This document shows positions 37,771-51,700 of a stretch of DNA of 64,000 nt, in pieces. The notes beneath the pieces were generated by a model. It saw only the letters and a program-made list of their open reading frames with translations, searched no databases and was not told the DNA's origin. How positions within the stretch are numbered: position 1 is the first letter of the stretch; every line of letters starts with the position of its first letter. The stretch spans positions 46,271,618 through 46,335,617 of the forward strand of contig OZ024754.1 in assembly GCA_964016885.1 (NCBI GenBank), read 5' to 3'. The position numbers and the translations under genes are program-made. Source of the stretch: Eledone cirrhosa (taxonomy: Eukaryota).

Positions 37771-37793
37771 TATATATATATATATATAATATA

Positions 37794-37860
<67 letters not shown>

Positions 37861-37874
37861 TATATATATATATT

Positions 37875-37940
<66 letters not shown>

Positions 37941-37952
37941 TATATATATATA

Positions 37953-38021
<69 letters not shown>

Positions 38022-38049
38022 TATATATATATATTTATATATATATATT

Positions 38050-38100
<51 letters not shown>

Positions 38101-38136
38101 ATATATTTATATTATATATATTTATATATATATATT

Positions 38137-38167
<31 letters not shown>

Positions 38168-38255
38168 TTATATTTATATATATATATTTATATATATATA
38201 TTTATATATATATATTTATATATATATATATATATTTATAATATATATATATATT

Positions 38256-38286
<31 letters not shown>

Positions 38287-38435
38287 ATATTTATATGTAT
38301 ATATATATATTTATATGTATATTTATATATTTATATATTTATATATATATTTATATATTTATATATTTATATATATATATATTTATATATATATATTTAT
38401 ATATATATATTTATATATATTTATTTATATATATA

Positions 38436-38484
<49 letters not shown>

Positions 38485-38496
38485 TTATTTATATAT
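37738..38496. repeat. (TA)n/(TTTA)n microsatellite, ~760 bp
   Basis: Almost pure A/T dinucleotide tract. Confidence 0.97.
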
Positions 38497-39161
38497 AGAA
38501 AAGGTGAATATAAAATGAAAGTGCTTTTTTTTTAAAAAAAGGAATTTATTAGGTATCGACATGTTTCTGTAACAGACGAAATACCTATGTATCGCTGCTT
38601 GCGTAATCATATAATTGTTTCTACTTTTGGCACAAGGCCAGCAATTAACCCAGTGTATTACTGGTGCGTAATCATATAATGTTAGCAAGTATTCGATAGC
38701 AAATGTATAATCAGTTGTCACTTCAGAGATTTTGGATAAATTTGAAAAAATCAGAAAAATTGAAGTATTTATATTAGTTGTAATAGAGGAAGAGAAGTAT
38801 ATGACAGATGGTAATTCAATTTACTGCTAAACAAGTATATAAATGGTTTTTAATGAGAATACAATGAGTAAATGGTTTATTTTATCTAAATAATAATTTT
38901 TGGGAGTGCCTATTTTAATCTATACTTGACCAATTGAACAATGGACAGGGCTGGTTATTTGGTGTAGTAGTATTAATTATAAAGTGTCGATTAAGGAAGG
39001 GGGAGATTTCGACTGCTACTGAATAACTTCCAATGCTAGTAGTCAGCTGGTATATGCATTAGGGAATTGAATTAAGAAATCTCATTTTATCTATAACAGT
39101 TTATATTAAATGATAACCTGAAATTTTTATATTTATATATATATATTTATTTATTTATATA

Positions 39162-39306
39162 TATATATTAAAATAACCGATTAAAGTTTAAGCAAAGAAT
39201 CGCTGCGTTCACCCTTAACGGGATCTTCTGAAATTCATTTAAGATCCCGTTAAGGTTGAAAGCAGCGATTCTTTGCTTAAACTTTAATCTGTTATTTTAA
39301 TATATA
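39162..39306. repeat. ~65-bp-arm inverted repeat formed by two head-to-head copies of the 26673 element
   Basis: TTAAAATAACCGATTAAAGTTTAAGCAAAGAATCGCTGC...GGGATCTT / AAGATCCC...GCAGCGATTCTTTGCTTAAACTTTAATCTGTTATTTTAA. Confidence 0.92.
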
Positions 39307-39549
39307 TTTGCTGTACGGTTCTTATATATTTGATATATATTTATTCATATCGAGCCCTTTTTTAATTTTAGTTTTCAAATTTATTATTATTACTATATAT
39401 TATGTGTGTGTGTATATTATGTGTGTATGTATTCTGTGTGTATTATGTGTCTGTATTAGGTGTCTGTATTTGTGCGTATTATCTGTGTGTATTATCTGTG
39501 TATTATCTGTATTATATGTGTGTATTATATGTGTATATGTGTGTTGGTG

Positions 39550-39730
39550 GATTGGCAGTATCGGTAGAGGGTCGGACGCCATGCTTTGACGCATAGAGTT
39601 ACGGCCCTTGCTATTCTGAGTTCAAATCCCGCCGAGGTTAACTTTGCGTTTCATCCTTACGGGGTTGATAAAATAAAGTACCAGTAATGCACTGGGATAA
39701 TTGCTGGCCTTGTGCCAAAAGTAGAAACAA
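39550..39730 (+). mobile_element. tRNA-derived SINE inserted in a (TATTATGTGTG)n minisatellite
   Basis: TGGCAGTATCGGTAGAGG head, CTGAGTTCAAATCCCGCC B-box; the same minisatellite lies on both sides (39400-39545, 39731-39915). Confidence 0.85.
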
Positions 39731-41329
39731 TTGTGTGTATTATATGTGTGTATTATATGTGTATTATCTGTGTATTATGTGTGTATTATCTGTGTATTAT
39801 CTGTGTATTATATGTGTATATGTGTGTATTATCTGTATTATATGTGTGTATTATGTGTGTATTATGTGTGTATTGTGTGTAGTATGTCTGTATTATGTGT
39901 CTGTATTATGTGTGTATTTGTAATAAATGTCTACTATATACACATGTATATATATATAATATATAAATACAATATAATAATATATATGTTGGTGTGTATC
40001 GGGTTTGTGTTTATATCACCGTAGAAATCTGTTTATGCAACATTCTAATTAGCAAAGGGAAATTACTGTAGTATATTTTAATAAAAATATTTTATTTTCC
40101 GTTTTAGCCAGAAATTTTGTTGTTTGATAAAACTGTCATTGAATTTATGCCTTGTCTGTTTCTGCTGAAGACTACTTTACTAATTAAGCTTAAGCTTAAT
40201 TTATTATATCGGTTTTCATCGTAAAATTGAGACGGGTGTTTTTTCATGTCTATTTAATGCAGCACGTTAGTGATATAGTAAGTTTTAGTTTCTATTTGTT
40301 TGAATATCATTTCGAAGCAGATACGACGGGGTTCATTAATTTCTAGATGAATTATTTGGGTTTAGTTTTAGTTTGTGGTTGTGTGTGTGTGTGTGTGGGG
40401 GGGGGGTATATATAAAACTGAATAGCTATATATATTTATATCATCTTGTCAATATCTAACCTTTTTCCTCATAAATATAGACAGAAATTACGGTATACAA
40501 GTAGGCACATGCATTAAAACTTAATATATGGTTATGTTACCAGGAAGCTGGAGAGTGAAAGTAATATAGTTACGGTTATCTTGAGGAAACGCTATATTTT
40601 TTTTTTTATACGCTTTTGCAATATAAGAATAGGAAACGAAGACAAACTGATTGATGCAGACAAAATATATATTTATGGTAATTGTTCAGAATTAAGATCG
40701 TAGATGTGACCGATGTGAAGCAGCTGTAGAAAGTTGGCATGATGTAGTGAAGAATGCAGTGGGTAGAAAAGACATCCCCGAGAATAAACATAGAAAGAGT
40801 AGTTGGTGATTGTTGCAGTGAAAATCAATGAAGTACAAGCATAACGGACAAGAGAGAAGAATGCAGGCCCAGCAGTTGGAGTTCGCTACCAAGCAGATGC
40901 CAATATAATATGAAATATTAGGGAATCGGATAATGTCGATTCCCTGTTTTATTGCAAAAGCGAATCCTTTAAAGTGCGAAACAATATAGTGTTTGTCGTT
41001 GATGTATTTATATCTATATTACTCTACATAAGCCCACAAACAGAGGCCTTCAACAGTAAATATGTAATTGGCCTTTGTTTAAAAAGAAATTTTTTTTCTT
41101 AATATAATTGTTTATCTGCTGGATTGGTCATTGACCATTTTAGTAGGAGAGGGGATTTTGTTAGTGGTGCGTTACCTTTGCTGACTTAACTCTGAGAAAG
41201 AAAAGCAATTATATTTTTCTTTGACTGTATTTAGCCACTGAAGAATGGGTGTAGCTCCTTGGAGCAATCCAAGCAGTAACTCGAAGAACCACCGGGTGTA
41301 ATGACTTTGGCTTTAGTGTTCGTGTAGAG

Positions 41330-42710
41330 CAGTGATACTTTTGTATTCCACAAAAATCTTGATCAGGCAGTGACGATAGTCAGAATTATAGGCAATTTGC
41401 TTTAGCTCGCTCAAATATCTTCCTCAGCATCAGGATGTGACCGTTGGTTGATCTCTATCTGTGAAGCTGTTCTGGTTGTTTGAGCTTTTTGTCCATGCAG
41501 GGCTGGATTCTCTTTAGAATCATCCTGTTGAGGGTCTTTGCCACAAGTGAGGTCCCCCTGTAGTTGTTTCTGTTAGAGAGATCTGCCTTCTTTGGCAGTG
41601 GCACGAAGTTACTGATCGTCCACTTGTTCAGGGCAACTCGTTTCTCCAGTCCCTTTTTACAGAACTGCAAGCTATGAAAATCACAACTCTACATGACCTG
41701 ATGCCACTCGATTTTCTCCATGGGCCTTGCCCTCCTTTATCTTCTTTTTTTGCTCTCTGAAGCTCCTCTCTGGCAAAGGGTCCTGTCTCAATATTCAGTT
41801 TTTGTAACAGCCACCTGATCTGCCCAGTGTTCTTGGCTGTGGAGGGCATCTCATAGTTGTGTTCTAAAATGGTTCAGCCATTTCCTTTTTCCTATCCTCT
41901 GGATCTGTTTCCTTGATCTGACCTTTCCTCCATGTGATCTCGTTGATCATCCAACTGTCAACCGTTCTCTTAACACTTTTAGTGCCTCCTCTCTGGCGTC
42001 AGTGTAAGCGGTACAGAGTGCTTCCCTCATCACCTCCACTGTGTCCATCCTCTCCATAGTATCAGCACAGAATTGGTCCTTGGCAGGCTGCACACACCTT
42101 TGGGGTCTGCAGAACTGACATGCTTCTTCTTCTTTCTCCTCAGCATCAGTGTCTCACTTGCTTCTGCTACTGCATTGTTCAAGTAGCCGTACCTCTTTGT
42201 CAAACTCTCTACAAAGAGCACTGAACCTGTTGCTCACTTCTCCTGTGAACCTCTTCTGTAGCTTATGTTCCTTGAAAGTTCCCCAGTCATAGATTATACT
42301 GTTGGTGTAGCCTTGCTCTTTCTTAAGCTCACCCGGACCTCACTCATAACAAGCATGTGTCCACTGTCCCAGTGTACTGAAATAGTTGTATGGTTCTGTG
42401 TTGAGAACACTATTGCGCTGCTTTTTCCTCACCAGAAAGAAATCAATCTAGGTCTTGGTCCACATCTTTTCTGGATTCTTCCTTAACGTTAGGTTGGTTG
42501 CCATCAAGTTTGCATCCAGCATGGCGTCTGTCGGTAGTCTTCCATTTCGGTTGGTGTTAGGGAATTACCAGCGCGGATCTTCACTGCTCTCCTTACTCGG
42601 ATGTGCATAGAAGTCCCTCAGAAGAATGATGTTTTGAGCTTGTGTGGTGTTGACAGCTCTACACATCTCATGAAATTCCTCTGCATTCACATCACTGTCT
42701 CCCTTGGTAG
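41330..42710 (-). mobile_element. Decayed LINE (RTE-like, different family) inside the duplicated unit; also 46510-47050 and 51005-52355
   Basis: VPLPKKADLSNRNNYRGTSLVAKTLNRMILKRIQP; GPFAREEL. Confidence 0.75.
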
Positions 42711-42719
42711 AACTATAAG

Positions 42720-43693
42720 CTGATATCCGGTTTTAAATTCCTGTTATTGCCTGCAGGACTATGATAAAAAGAAGAGGGCTAAGAACAGCCCTGGTGTACA
42801 CGGACCTGCATGCTAAATTCCTCGCTCTAATCATTGATAACCCTAACTTTGCTGATTGTTTCTTTATACATGGCTTGTACAGCCCTCATAAGCCATTCAT
42901 CTACTTTTAATTTTCCAAGAGCCGACCGTATTATAGCATGGTGGACTGTGTCGAAGGCTTTTTCCATTTCGACAAATGCCAGGTAGAGTGGCTTACTTTT
43001 AGCTAGGTACTAATCAACTGTGCTATAACTCTTTACGTTACTTTCATGACCTGGTCCATCAGCTTTATACCTCTCTAGTTTCCTCTATCTAGTGCATCAC
43101 CTTTACCTTTGTATCAGTTGACCATGATGCTGCTGCACGAATCGTTTAGTATTATCTAGTTAACATTACTTGTGGTTATGGTCTGATCTACTGACCCAGA
43201 TGCCTTGAGCATCTCGGCAACTATACCCGATGGACCGGTTGCCTTCCCCGTCTTCATATCTTTGATTGCCATACTATATTGCTGCTGACTTGTTCTGCTA
43301 GCCCCTCTATAGGGTTCACTTTGGGTATGGTATCTTTTTCCCATGCATTCTCCCCATTTAGTAATCTTTCATACTGGCTCTTCCATGCATCTCCTCAGAA
43401 ATTGTGAGTGCAATCTGACCTTTATCATTCTGGATACACTTTTGTCCAATGACATCACAATTCTCTCTGACACACTGCCTCGTAATCTCGAACACCTGTT
43501 TCTGTTCCTCGTGTTGCAAAAGATGCATGAAATTCCTATCCTCTACCTTCCTTCTAGCTAAGTATACTTGTCGCCTAGCTTCGCTCCTGGTCTCTCTGTA
43601 ATGTGCCCTGTTTTTCCATTCTTTCCATGCCTGTCTCTTAGCCTTAATTGCCTCATCTACCATATTGTTCTACCACCAAGTGACTCTCCTAAT
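42720..43693 (-). mobile_element. RTE LINE RT fragment inside the duplicated unit; also 47060-48125 and 52360-53410
   Basis: VDEAIKAKRQAWKEW, AIKDMKTGKATGPSGIVAEMLK, RQLQEKYLAKSKPLYLAFVEMEKAFDRV. Confidence 0.88.
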
Positions 43694-43739
43694 CCATGTA
43701 TATATCTTTTTATCATTATCTTTTTCTCAAATATCCACA

Positions 43740-44340
43740 CATGACGACACACATGCAAATATTATGCATGGATATGTTAACTGGTAGCTGGAGAGAGAAT
43801 AATATAGATGATAAAAGTCTATCTTCAGCAACAAGTGCTATATTGTCTCCCATGTTGAAAGATATTATTTTACAAGATAAGAACTTGAAACTAAGACTAA
43901 CTGATGTATAGAATAGAATAGAAAGACCTAGATGTGAAAAGAAGTGGAAATTGTGCAGATTGAAGATTGAAGATTTGACCGATGTGAAGAAACTGGAAAG
44001 ATGTGTCGAAAAGAGTGAAGAATGCATTCCGTAGGAAAGACATCCCCGAGAGTGAACATTTGAAGCTAGAGCAAGGTTTTAAGAGTTAGAAAGAGTAGTT
44101 GTTGATTGTTCCTGTGAAAAGCAACGAAGTGCAAGCATAACAGATGAGACAAGAATGCAGACCCAGCAGTCGGAGTTAAGCAGCGAAGCAGATGCCAATA
44201 TAATATTAAATATTAGAGAATCAGTTTGTTCTTATTTCATGTTTTATTGCGAAATGGTATTGTTGAAAGCTAAAGACAATATAGCGTTTGTTGAAGATGA
44301 TGTATACTTTCTATGCAGAAATAAGGAAACATTTGCACAG
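43740..44340 (+). pseudogene. Decayed coding-like cassette type B of unknown family; also 48175-48750 and 53460-54035
   Basis: Paralogous to type A (shared TTGACCGATGTG, AAGACATCCCCGAG, GAATGCAG.CCCAGCAG, GCAGATGCCAATA); K/E/Q-rich broken reading frame. Confidence 0.4.
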
Positions 44341-44359
44341 TCATCTTCATAATCATATG

Positions 44360-45150
44360 TTCGCTTTCAAGTGTGGGACATGTACTATTGAGCACCGCCT
44401 CTCCACTTATACCGGTCGTTGGTCACCTCGTTTGTGATCGTTAGCGATTTGAGGTCTGCTCTCACCACCCGTCTATGTTTTTCCTAGTCTTCCTTCTACT
44501 GGAATTACTTGGCACATGTTTACCCAGCAAACCATCTTATTCTTCTCTCCTGCACATAACTCATACCCATTTTCTCTCTCAACTCATCTCTGCTTGATGG
44601 TTGACGAACATCTAACGGAGCATGCTTCCTTCATTTCTTTGCCAGCCTTGGCATATTCTCTGCAATTGCTGGCCATGTCTCACTTCTTCCAACCCATCCT
44701 TATTGTAGATATTATGGCCTCGTAGTAGCCTCCTCTCTTTCTAATCTGCTCATCTGTATAGAACCCACCTTCATTTGAAAACTGTTTCTATCACTGTCAC
44801 TTCTACTGTGAAATTTCTCTGTACATGTAGTTTTCACTACCTGTTTGCTTGCTATCCCACTACATATGTTGAGTACCCCAGATGTGCATTGCGTATATTT
44901 TATAGAATTTATCCCAACTCCTTTTCAACATAGGGAGCATGTCCTCTTGCTTCCAACTACTGTTTCCATAGACAGCATTTCTTCTTTAGCTTGTTGACTG
45001 ATTCTGCTATAAGAACCAGATCGTCATGGACAGCTAGTTTTAAACGCATCTGTTACTGACAGCACCTCTGTACAAAGCCTGCACTGCCCTCACAAGACAT
45101 TCCCCAACACCTAGTTTGGTTAGGCACCACCAGATGACAGATCATGGTAC
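44360..45150 (-). mobile_element. RTE LINE 3' fragment inside the duplicated unit; also 48790-49650 and 54060-54870
   Basis: IQVVRTFRYI..., RMGWKK, NEGSMLR, homologous to the RTE C-terminus. Confidence 0.7.
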
Positions 45151-45649
45151 CCTACCAAAGGAGTTGTCTGTCAACAAAATTAATTGCTAAGATGCATTAC
45201 ATTGCCACCGGTTATATTTTATATATTTCCTAAGACTCGTTTGATTAAAAAGCTTAATTTTTATTTCTTTTTAGTATTAGTTGTAGCTCTTATAAGTTAA
45301 GCCAGATTGCCAGCGTTGAAATAGTTGCGCTTTAGTTGTGATGTAGGTGTTGCAAGTTCCGGCTGTAAGTCGTGGGGGTGTAGTATATTGTGATGTATGT
45401 GTACATATGTCGGTATGTATACACGTACACATGTGTGTAGTGTTTTTGTGTTTATACGTCTACAAATGTATATGCAACATTTCAATTAGCAAAGGGAGAT
45501 TACTCTTTGATTTTTTAATAAAAATAAGAGTTGTTTCCCCTGTTAGCAGGAAATTTAGTTGTTTGATAAAACTGAATTGTGAAGGCTGGTTATCTCGGTC
45601 AGTGCTAAGTGTCTGCTGAAGACTAGACATCTAAATTACGATATATAAG

Positions 45650-46165
45650 TACACACATGCATGCATGGATATGTTGCCAAGGAGCTGTCGAGTGATTATA
45701 ATGTAGATAAGCAAAATATATGAACACTCGCTATATTATCTCGCACTTTTATGGATATGTTTTTGCAATATAAGAATAGGAAACGAAAATCTAATTCACT
45801 GAATACAATATGATGCAGGCAAAAGATGTTGAAATTGTGCCGAATTAAGATTGAAAATTTGACCGATGTGAAAGAAGCTGTGGAAAATGTGCATGATGTA
45901 ATGAAGAATGCAGTGGGTAGAAAAGACATCCCCGAGAATAAACAAGAGTAATTGGTGATTGTTGCAGTGAAAATCAACGAAGTACAAGCATAACAGACGA
46001 GAAAGAAGAATGCAGGCCCAGCAGTTGGAGTTCGCTGCCAAGCAGATGCCAATAGAATATAAAATATTATGGAATCGGATAGTTTATTGATTCCCTGTTT
46101 TATTGCAAAAGCGAATCCTTTAAAGTGCGAGACAATATAGTGTTTGTCGTTGATGTATTTTTATC
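45650..46165 (+). pseudogene. Decayed coding-like cassette type A of unknown family; also 40500-41010, 50160-50660 and 55385-55890
   Basis: KMLKLCRIKIENLTDVKEAVENVHDVMKNAVGRKDIPENK...VKINEVQA(Q/*)QTRRMQAQQ(L/F)E.AAKQMPIE. Confidence 0.4.
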
Positions 46166-48750
46166 TATATTACTCTGCGTAAATACTGAATTTATGAGAT
46201 GCCCGACCCTACATAAGCCCACAAACAGGCCTTCAACAGTAAAAATTGTCCTTTGTTAAAAAGAAATTTTTTTCTTAATATAATTACGTTTATCTGCTGG
46301 ATTGGTTATTGACCATTTTTGTAGGAGGGAATTTTGTTAGTGGTGTGTTACCTTCGCTGACTTAACTCTCTGAGAAAGAAGAGCAATTTTGATATTTTTC
46401 TTTGACTGTATTTAGCCACTGAAGAATGGGTGTAGCTCCTTGGAGCACTCCCAACCAATAGTTCGAAGAACCACCGGGTGTAATGACTTTGGCTTTAGTG
46501 TTCGTGTAGAGCAGTGATACTTTTGTATTCCACAAAAATCTTGATCAGGCAGTGACGATCGTCAGAATTATAGGCAATTTGCTTTAGCTCCCTCAAATAT
46601 CTTCCTCAGCATCAGGATGTGACCGTTGGTTGATCTTTATCTCTGAAGCTGTTGTGGTTGTTTTAGCTTTTTGTCCATGTAGGGCTGGATTCTCTTAAGA
46701 ATCACACCCTGTTGAGGGTCTTTGCCACAAGTGAGGTCCCCCTGTAGTTGGTGTTAGAGAGATCTGCCTTCTTTGGCAGTGGCACGAAGTTACTGATCGT
46801 CCACTTGTTCAGGGCAACTCGTTTCTCCAGTCCCTTTTTACAGAGCTCCAAGATATGAAAATCACAACTCTACATGACCTGATGCCACTCGATTTTCTCC
46901 ATGGGCCTTGCCCTCCTTTATCTTTTTTTGCTCTCTGAAGCTCCTCTCTGGCAAAGGGTCCTGTCTCAATATGCAGTTTTTGTAACAGCCACCTGATCTG
47001 CCCAGTGTTCTTGGCTGTGGAGGGCATTTCATAGTTGTGTTCTAAAATGGTCTAGACTATAATCTGACATCCGGTTTTAAACTCCTGTTATTGCCTGCAG
47101 GACTATGATAAAAAGGAGCGGGCTAAGAACAGCCCTGGTGTACACCGACATGCATGCTAAATTCCTCGCTCTAGTCATTGATAACCCTAACTTTGCTGAT
47201 TGTTTCTTTATACATGGCTTGTACAGCCCTCATAAGCTATTCATCTACTTCAAATTTTCTAAGAGCCCACCAGATTATAGCATGGTGGACTCTGTCGAAG
47301 GCTTTTTCCATTTCGACAAATGCCAGGTAGAGTGGCTTACTTTTAGCTAGGTACTTTTCCTGTAACTGCCTCACAAAGGTGAGGACATGGATGGTGCCTT
47401 TTCCTGGTACAAAGCCCAATTGCATATCATGTAGTTTCACCCTGTTCCTAATCAACTGTGCTCTAACTCTTTGTTACTTTCATGACCTGGTCAATCAGCT
47501 TTATACCTCTATAGTTTCCTCTATCTAGTGCATCACCTTTACCTTTGTATCAGTTGACCATGATGCTGCTGCACGAATCGTTTGGTACGACGCCCTTTAG
47601 TATTACCTAGTTAACAAACGTGTGGTTATGGTCTGATCTACCGACCCAGATGCCTTGAGCATCTCGGCAGCTATACCCGATAGACCGGTTGCCTTCCCGT
47701 CTTCATATCTTTGATTGTCATACTACATTGCTGCTGACTTGTTCTGCTAGCCCCTCTATAGGGTTCACTTTGGGTATGGTATTTTTTCCCCATACATTCT
47801 CCTCATTTAGTAATCTTTCATACTGGGTCTTCCACGCATCTTCTCAGCACTTGTGAGTGCAAGCTGACTTTTTTATCATTCTGGATACACTTTTGTCCAA
47901 TGACATCACAATTCTCTCTGGAACACCTGTTTCTGTTCCTCGTGTTGCAAAAGATGCATGAAATTCCTATCCTCTACCTTCCTTCTAGCTAAGTATACTT
48001 GTCGCCTAGCTTTGCTCCTGGTCTCTCTGTAATGTGCCCTGTTTTTCCATTCTTTCCATGCCTGTCTCTTAGCCTTAACTGCCTCATCTACCATATTGTT
48101 CTACCACCAAGTGACTCTCCTCATCCATGTATATATCTTTTTATCATCTTTTTCTCAAATATCCACACATGACGACACACATGCAAATATTATGCATGGA
48201 TATGTTAACTGGTAGCTGGAGAGAGAATAATATAGATGATAAAAGTCTATCTTCAGCAACAAGTGCTATATTGTCTCCCATGTTGAAAGATATTATTTTA
48301 CAATATAAGAACTTGAAACTAAGACTAACTGATGTATAGAATAGAAAGACCTAGATGTGAAAAGTGGAAATTGTGCAGATTGAAGATTGAAGATTTGACC
48401 GATGTGAAGAAACTGGAAAGATGTGTCGAAAAGAGTGAAGAATGCAGTCCATAGGAAAGACATCCCCGAGAGCTATAGCAAGGTTTTAAGAGTTAGAAAG
48501 AGTAGTTGTTGATTGTTCCTGTGAAAAGCAACGAAGTGCAAGCATAACAGACGAGACAAGAATGCAGGCCCACCAGTCGGAGTTAAGCAGCGAAGCAGAT
48601 GCCAATATATTATTAAATATTAGAGAATCAGTTTGTTCTTATTTCATATTTTATTGCGAAATGGTATTGTTGAAAGCTAAAGACAATATAGTGTTTGTTG
48701 AAGATGATGTATATTACTTTTTATGCAGAAATAAGGAAACATTTGCACAG

Positions 48751-48787
<37 letters not shown>

Positions 48788-51700
48788 ACGTTCGCTTTCA
48801 AGTGTGGGACATGTACTATTGGGCACCGCCTCTCTCGGCTTATACTGGTCGTTGGTCACCTCGCTGGTGATCGTTAGCGATTTGAGGTCTGCTCTCACCA
48901 CCCCCGTCTATGTTTTTCCTAGTCTTCCTCTACTGCGTCTTCCTTCTACTGGAATTTCTTGGCACATGTTTCCCCAGCAAACCATCTTATTCTTCTCTCC
49001 AGCACTCCACAACTCATACCCATTTTCTCTCTCAACTCATCTCTGCTTGATGGTTGACGAACATCTAACGGAGCATGCTTCCTTCATTTCTTTGCCAGCC
49101 TTGGCATATTCTCTGCCAGCCTTGGCATATTCTCTGCAATTGCTGGCCATGTCTCACTTCTTCCAACCCATTTTTATTGTAGATACTGTGGCCTCGTAGT
49201 AGACTCCTCTCTTTCTAATCTGCTCATCTATGTAGCGGAAGGTACGAACCACTTGTATAGAACCCACCTTAATTTGAAAACTGTTTCTATCACTGGTACT
49301 TCTACTGTGAAATTTCTCTGTACATGTAGTTTTCACTACCTGTTTGCTTGCTATCCCACTACATATGTTGTGTACCCCAGATGTGCATTGCGTATATTTT
49401 ATAGAATTTATCCCAACTCCTTTTCAACATAGTGAGCATGTCCCCTTTTCTATGTTTTTATTGTCCTCTTGCTTCCAACTACTGATTCCATAGACAGCAT
49501 TTCTTCTCTAGCTTCTTTACTGATTCTGCTATAAGAACCAGATCGTCACGGACAGCCAGTTTTAAACGCATCTGTTACTGACAGCACCTCTGTACAAAGC
49601 CTACACGGCCCTCACCACCTAGTTTTGTTAGGCACCACCAGATGACAGATCATGATACCCTACCAAAGGAGTTGTCTGTCAACAAAATTAATTGCTAAGA
49701 TGGATTACATTGCCACCGGTTATATTTTATATATTTCCTAAGATTCGTTTGATTAAAAAGCTTAATTTATATTTCTTTTTACTCTGACATTATTATTTGT
49801 AGCTCTTATAAGTTTAGCTAGATTTCCAGCGTTGAAATAGTTGCGCTTTAGTTGTGATGTAGGTGTTGCAAGTTCCGGCTGGTGTAGTATATTGTCATGT
49901 ATGTGTACATATGTCTATGTATGTATACATGTACACATGTTATTGTGTATAGTGTTTTTGTGTTTATACGTCTACAAATGTATATGCAATATTTCAATTA
50001 GCAAAGGGAGTTTACTCTTGGATATTTTAATAAAATTACGAGTTGTTTCCCCTGTTAGCAGGAAATTTAGTTGTTTGATAAAACTCAATATTCAAGGCTG
50101 GTTGTCTCGGTCAGTGGTAAGCGTCTGTTGAAGACTAGACATCGAAATTACGATATACAAGTACACACATGCATGCATGGATATGTTGCCAAGGAGCTGT
50201 CGAGTGATTATAATGTAGATAAGCAAAATATATGAACACTCGCTATATTATCTCGCACTTTTATGGATATGTTTTTGCAATATAAGAATAGGAAACGAAG
50301 AAAAACTAATTGACTGAATACTGTTGAAATTGTGCCGAATTAAGATTGAAAATTTGACCGATGTGAAAGAAGCTGTGGAAAATTTGCATGATGTAATGAA
50401 GAATGCATTGGTTAGAAAAGACATCCCCGAGAATAAACAGAAAGAGTAGTTGCGGATTGTTCCAGTGAAAATCAATGAAGTGCAAGCATAAGATGAGAGA
50501 AGCATGCAGGCCCAGCAGTTGGAGTTCGCTGCCAAGCAGATGCCAATAGAATATAAAATATTAATGGAATCAGATAGTTTATTGATTCCCTGTTTTATTG
50601 CAAAAGCGAATCCTTTAAAGTGCGAGACAATATAGTGTTTGTCGTTGATGTATTTTTATCTATATTACTCTGCGTAAATACGGAAAAATTTATGAGATGC
50701 CCGACCCTACATAAGCCCACAAACAGACATTCAACAGTAAATATTTAATTGTCGTTTGTTTAAAAAGAAATTTTTTTTCTTAATATAATTGTTTATCTGC
50801 TGGATTGGTCATTGACCATTTTAGTAGGAGAGGGGATTTTGTTAGTGGTGCGTTACCTTTGCTGACTTAACTCTGAGAAAGAAAAGCAATTATATTTTTC
50901 TTTGACTGTATTTAGCCACTGAAGAATGGGTGTAGCTCGGAGCACTCCAACCAATAATTCGAAGAACTATCGGGTGTAATGACTTTGGCTTTAGTGTTCG
51001 TGTAGAGCAGTGATACTTTTGTATTCCACAAGATCTTGATCAGGCAGTTACGATCGACAGAATTATAGGCAATTTGCTTTAGCTCGCTCAAATATCTTCC
51101 TCAGAATCGGGATGTGACCGTTGGTTGATCTTTATCTCTGAAGCTGTTGTGGTTGTTTTAGCTTTTTGTCCATGTAGGGCTGGATTCTCTTAAGAATCAC
51201 ACCCTGTTGAGGGTCTTTGCCACAAGTGAGGTCCCCCTGTAGTTGGTGTTAGAGAGATCTGCCTTCTTTGGCAGTGGCACGAAGTTACTGATCGTCCACT
51301 TGTTCACAGAACTGCAAGATATGAAAATGACAACTTTACATGACCTGATGCCACTCGATTTTCTCCATGGGCCTTGCCCTCCTTTATCTTCTTTTTTTGC
51401 TCTCTGAAGCTCCTCTCTGGCAAAGGGTCCTGTCTCAATATGCAGTTTTTGTAACAGCCACCTGATCTGCCCAGTGTTCTTGGCTGTGGAGGGCATCTCA
51501 TAGTTGTGTTCTAAAATGGTCCAGCCATTTCCTTTTTCCTATCCTCTGGATCTGTTCCCTTGATCTGACTCTTCCTCCATGTGATCTCGTTGATCATCCA
51601 ACTGTCAACCGTTCTCTTAACACTTTAGTGCCTCCTCTCTGGCGTCAGTGTAAGCGGTACAGAGTGCTTCCCTCATCACCTCCACTGTATATCCTCTCCA

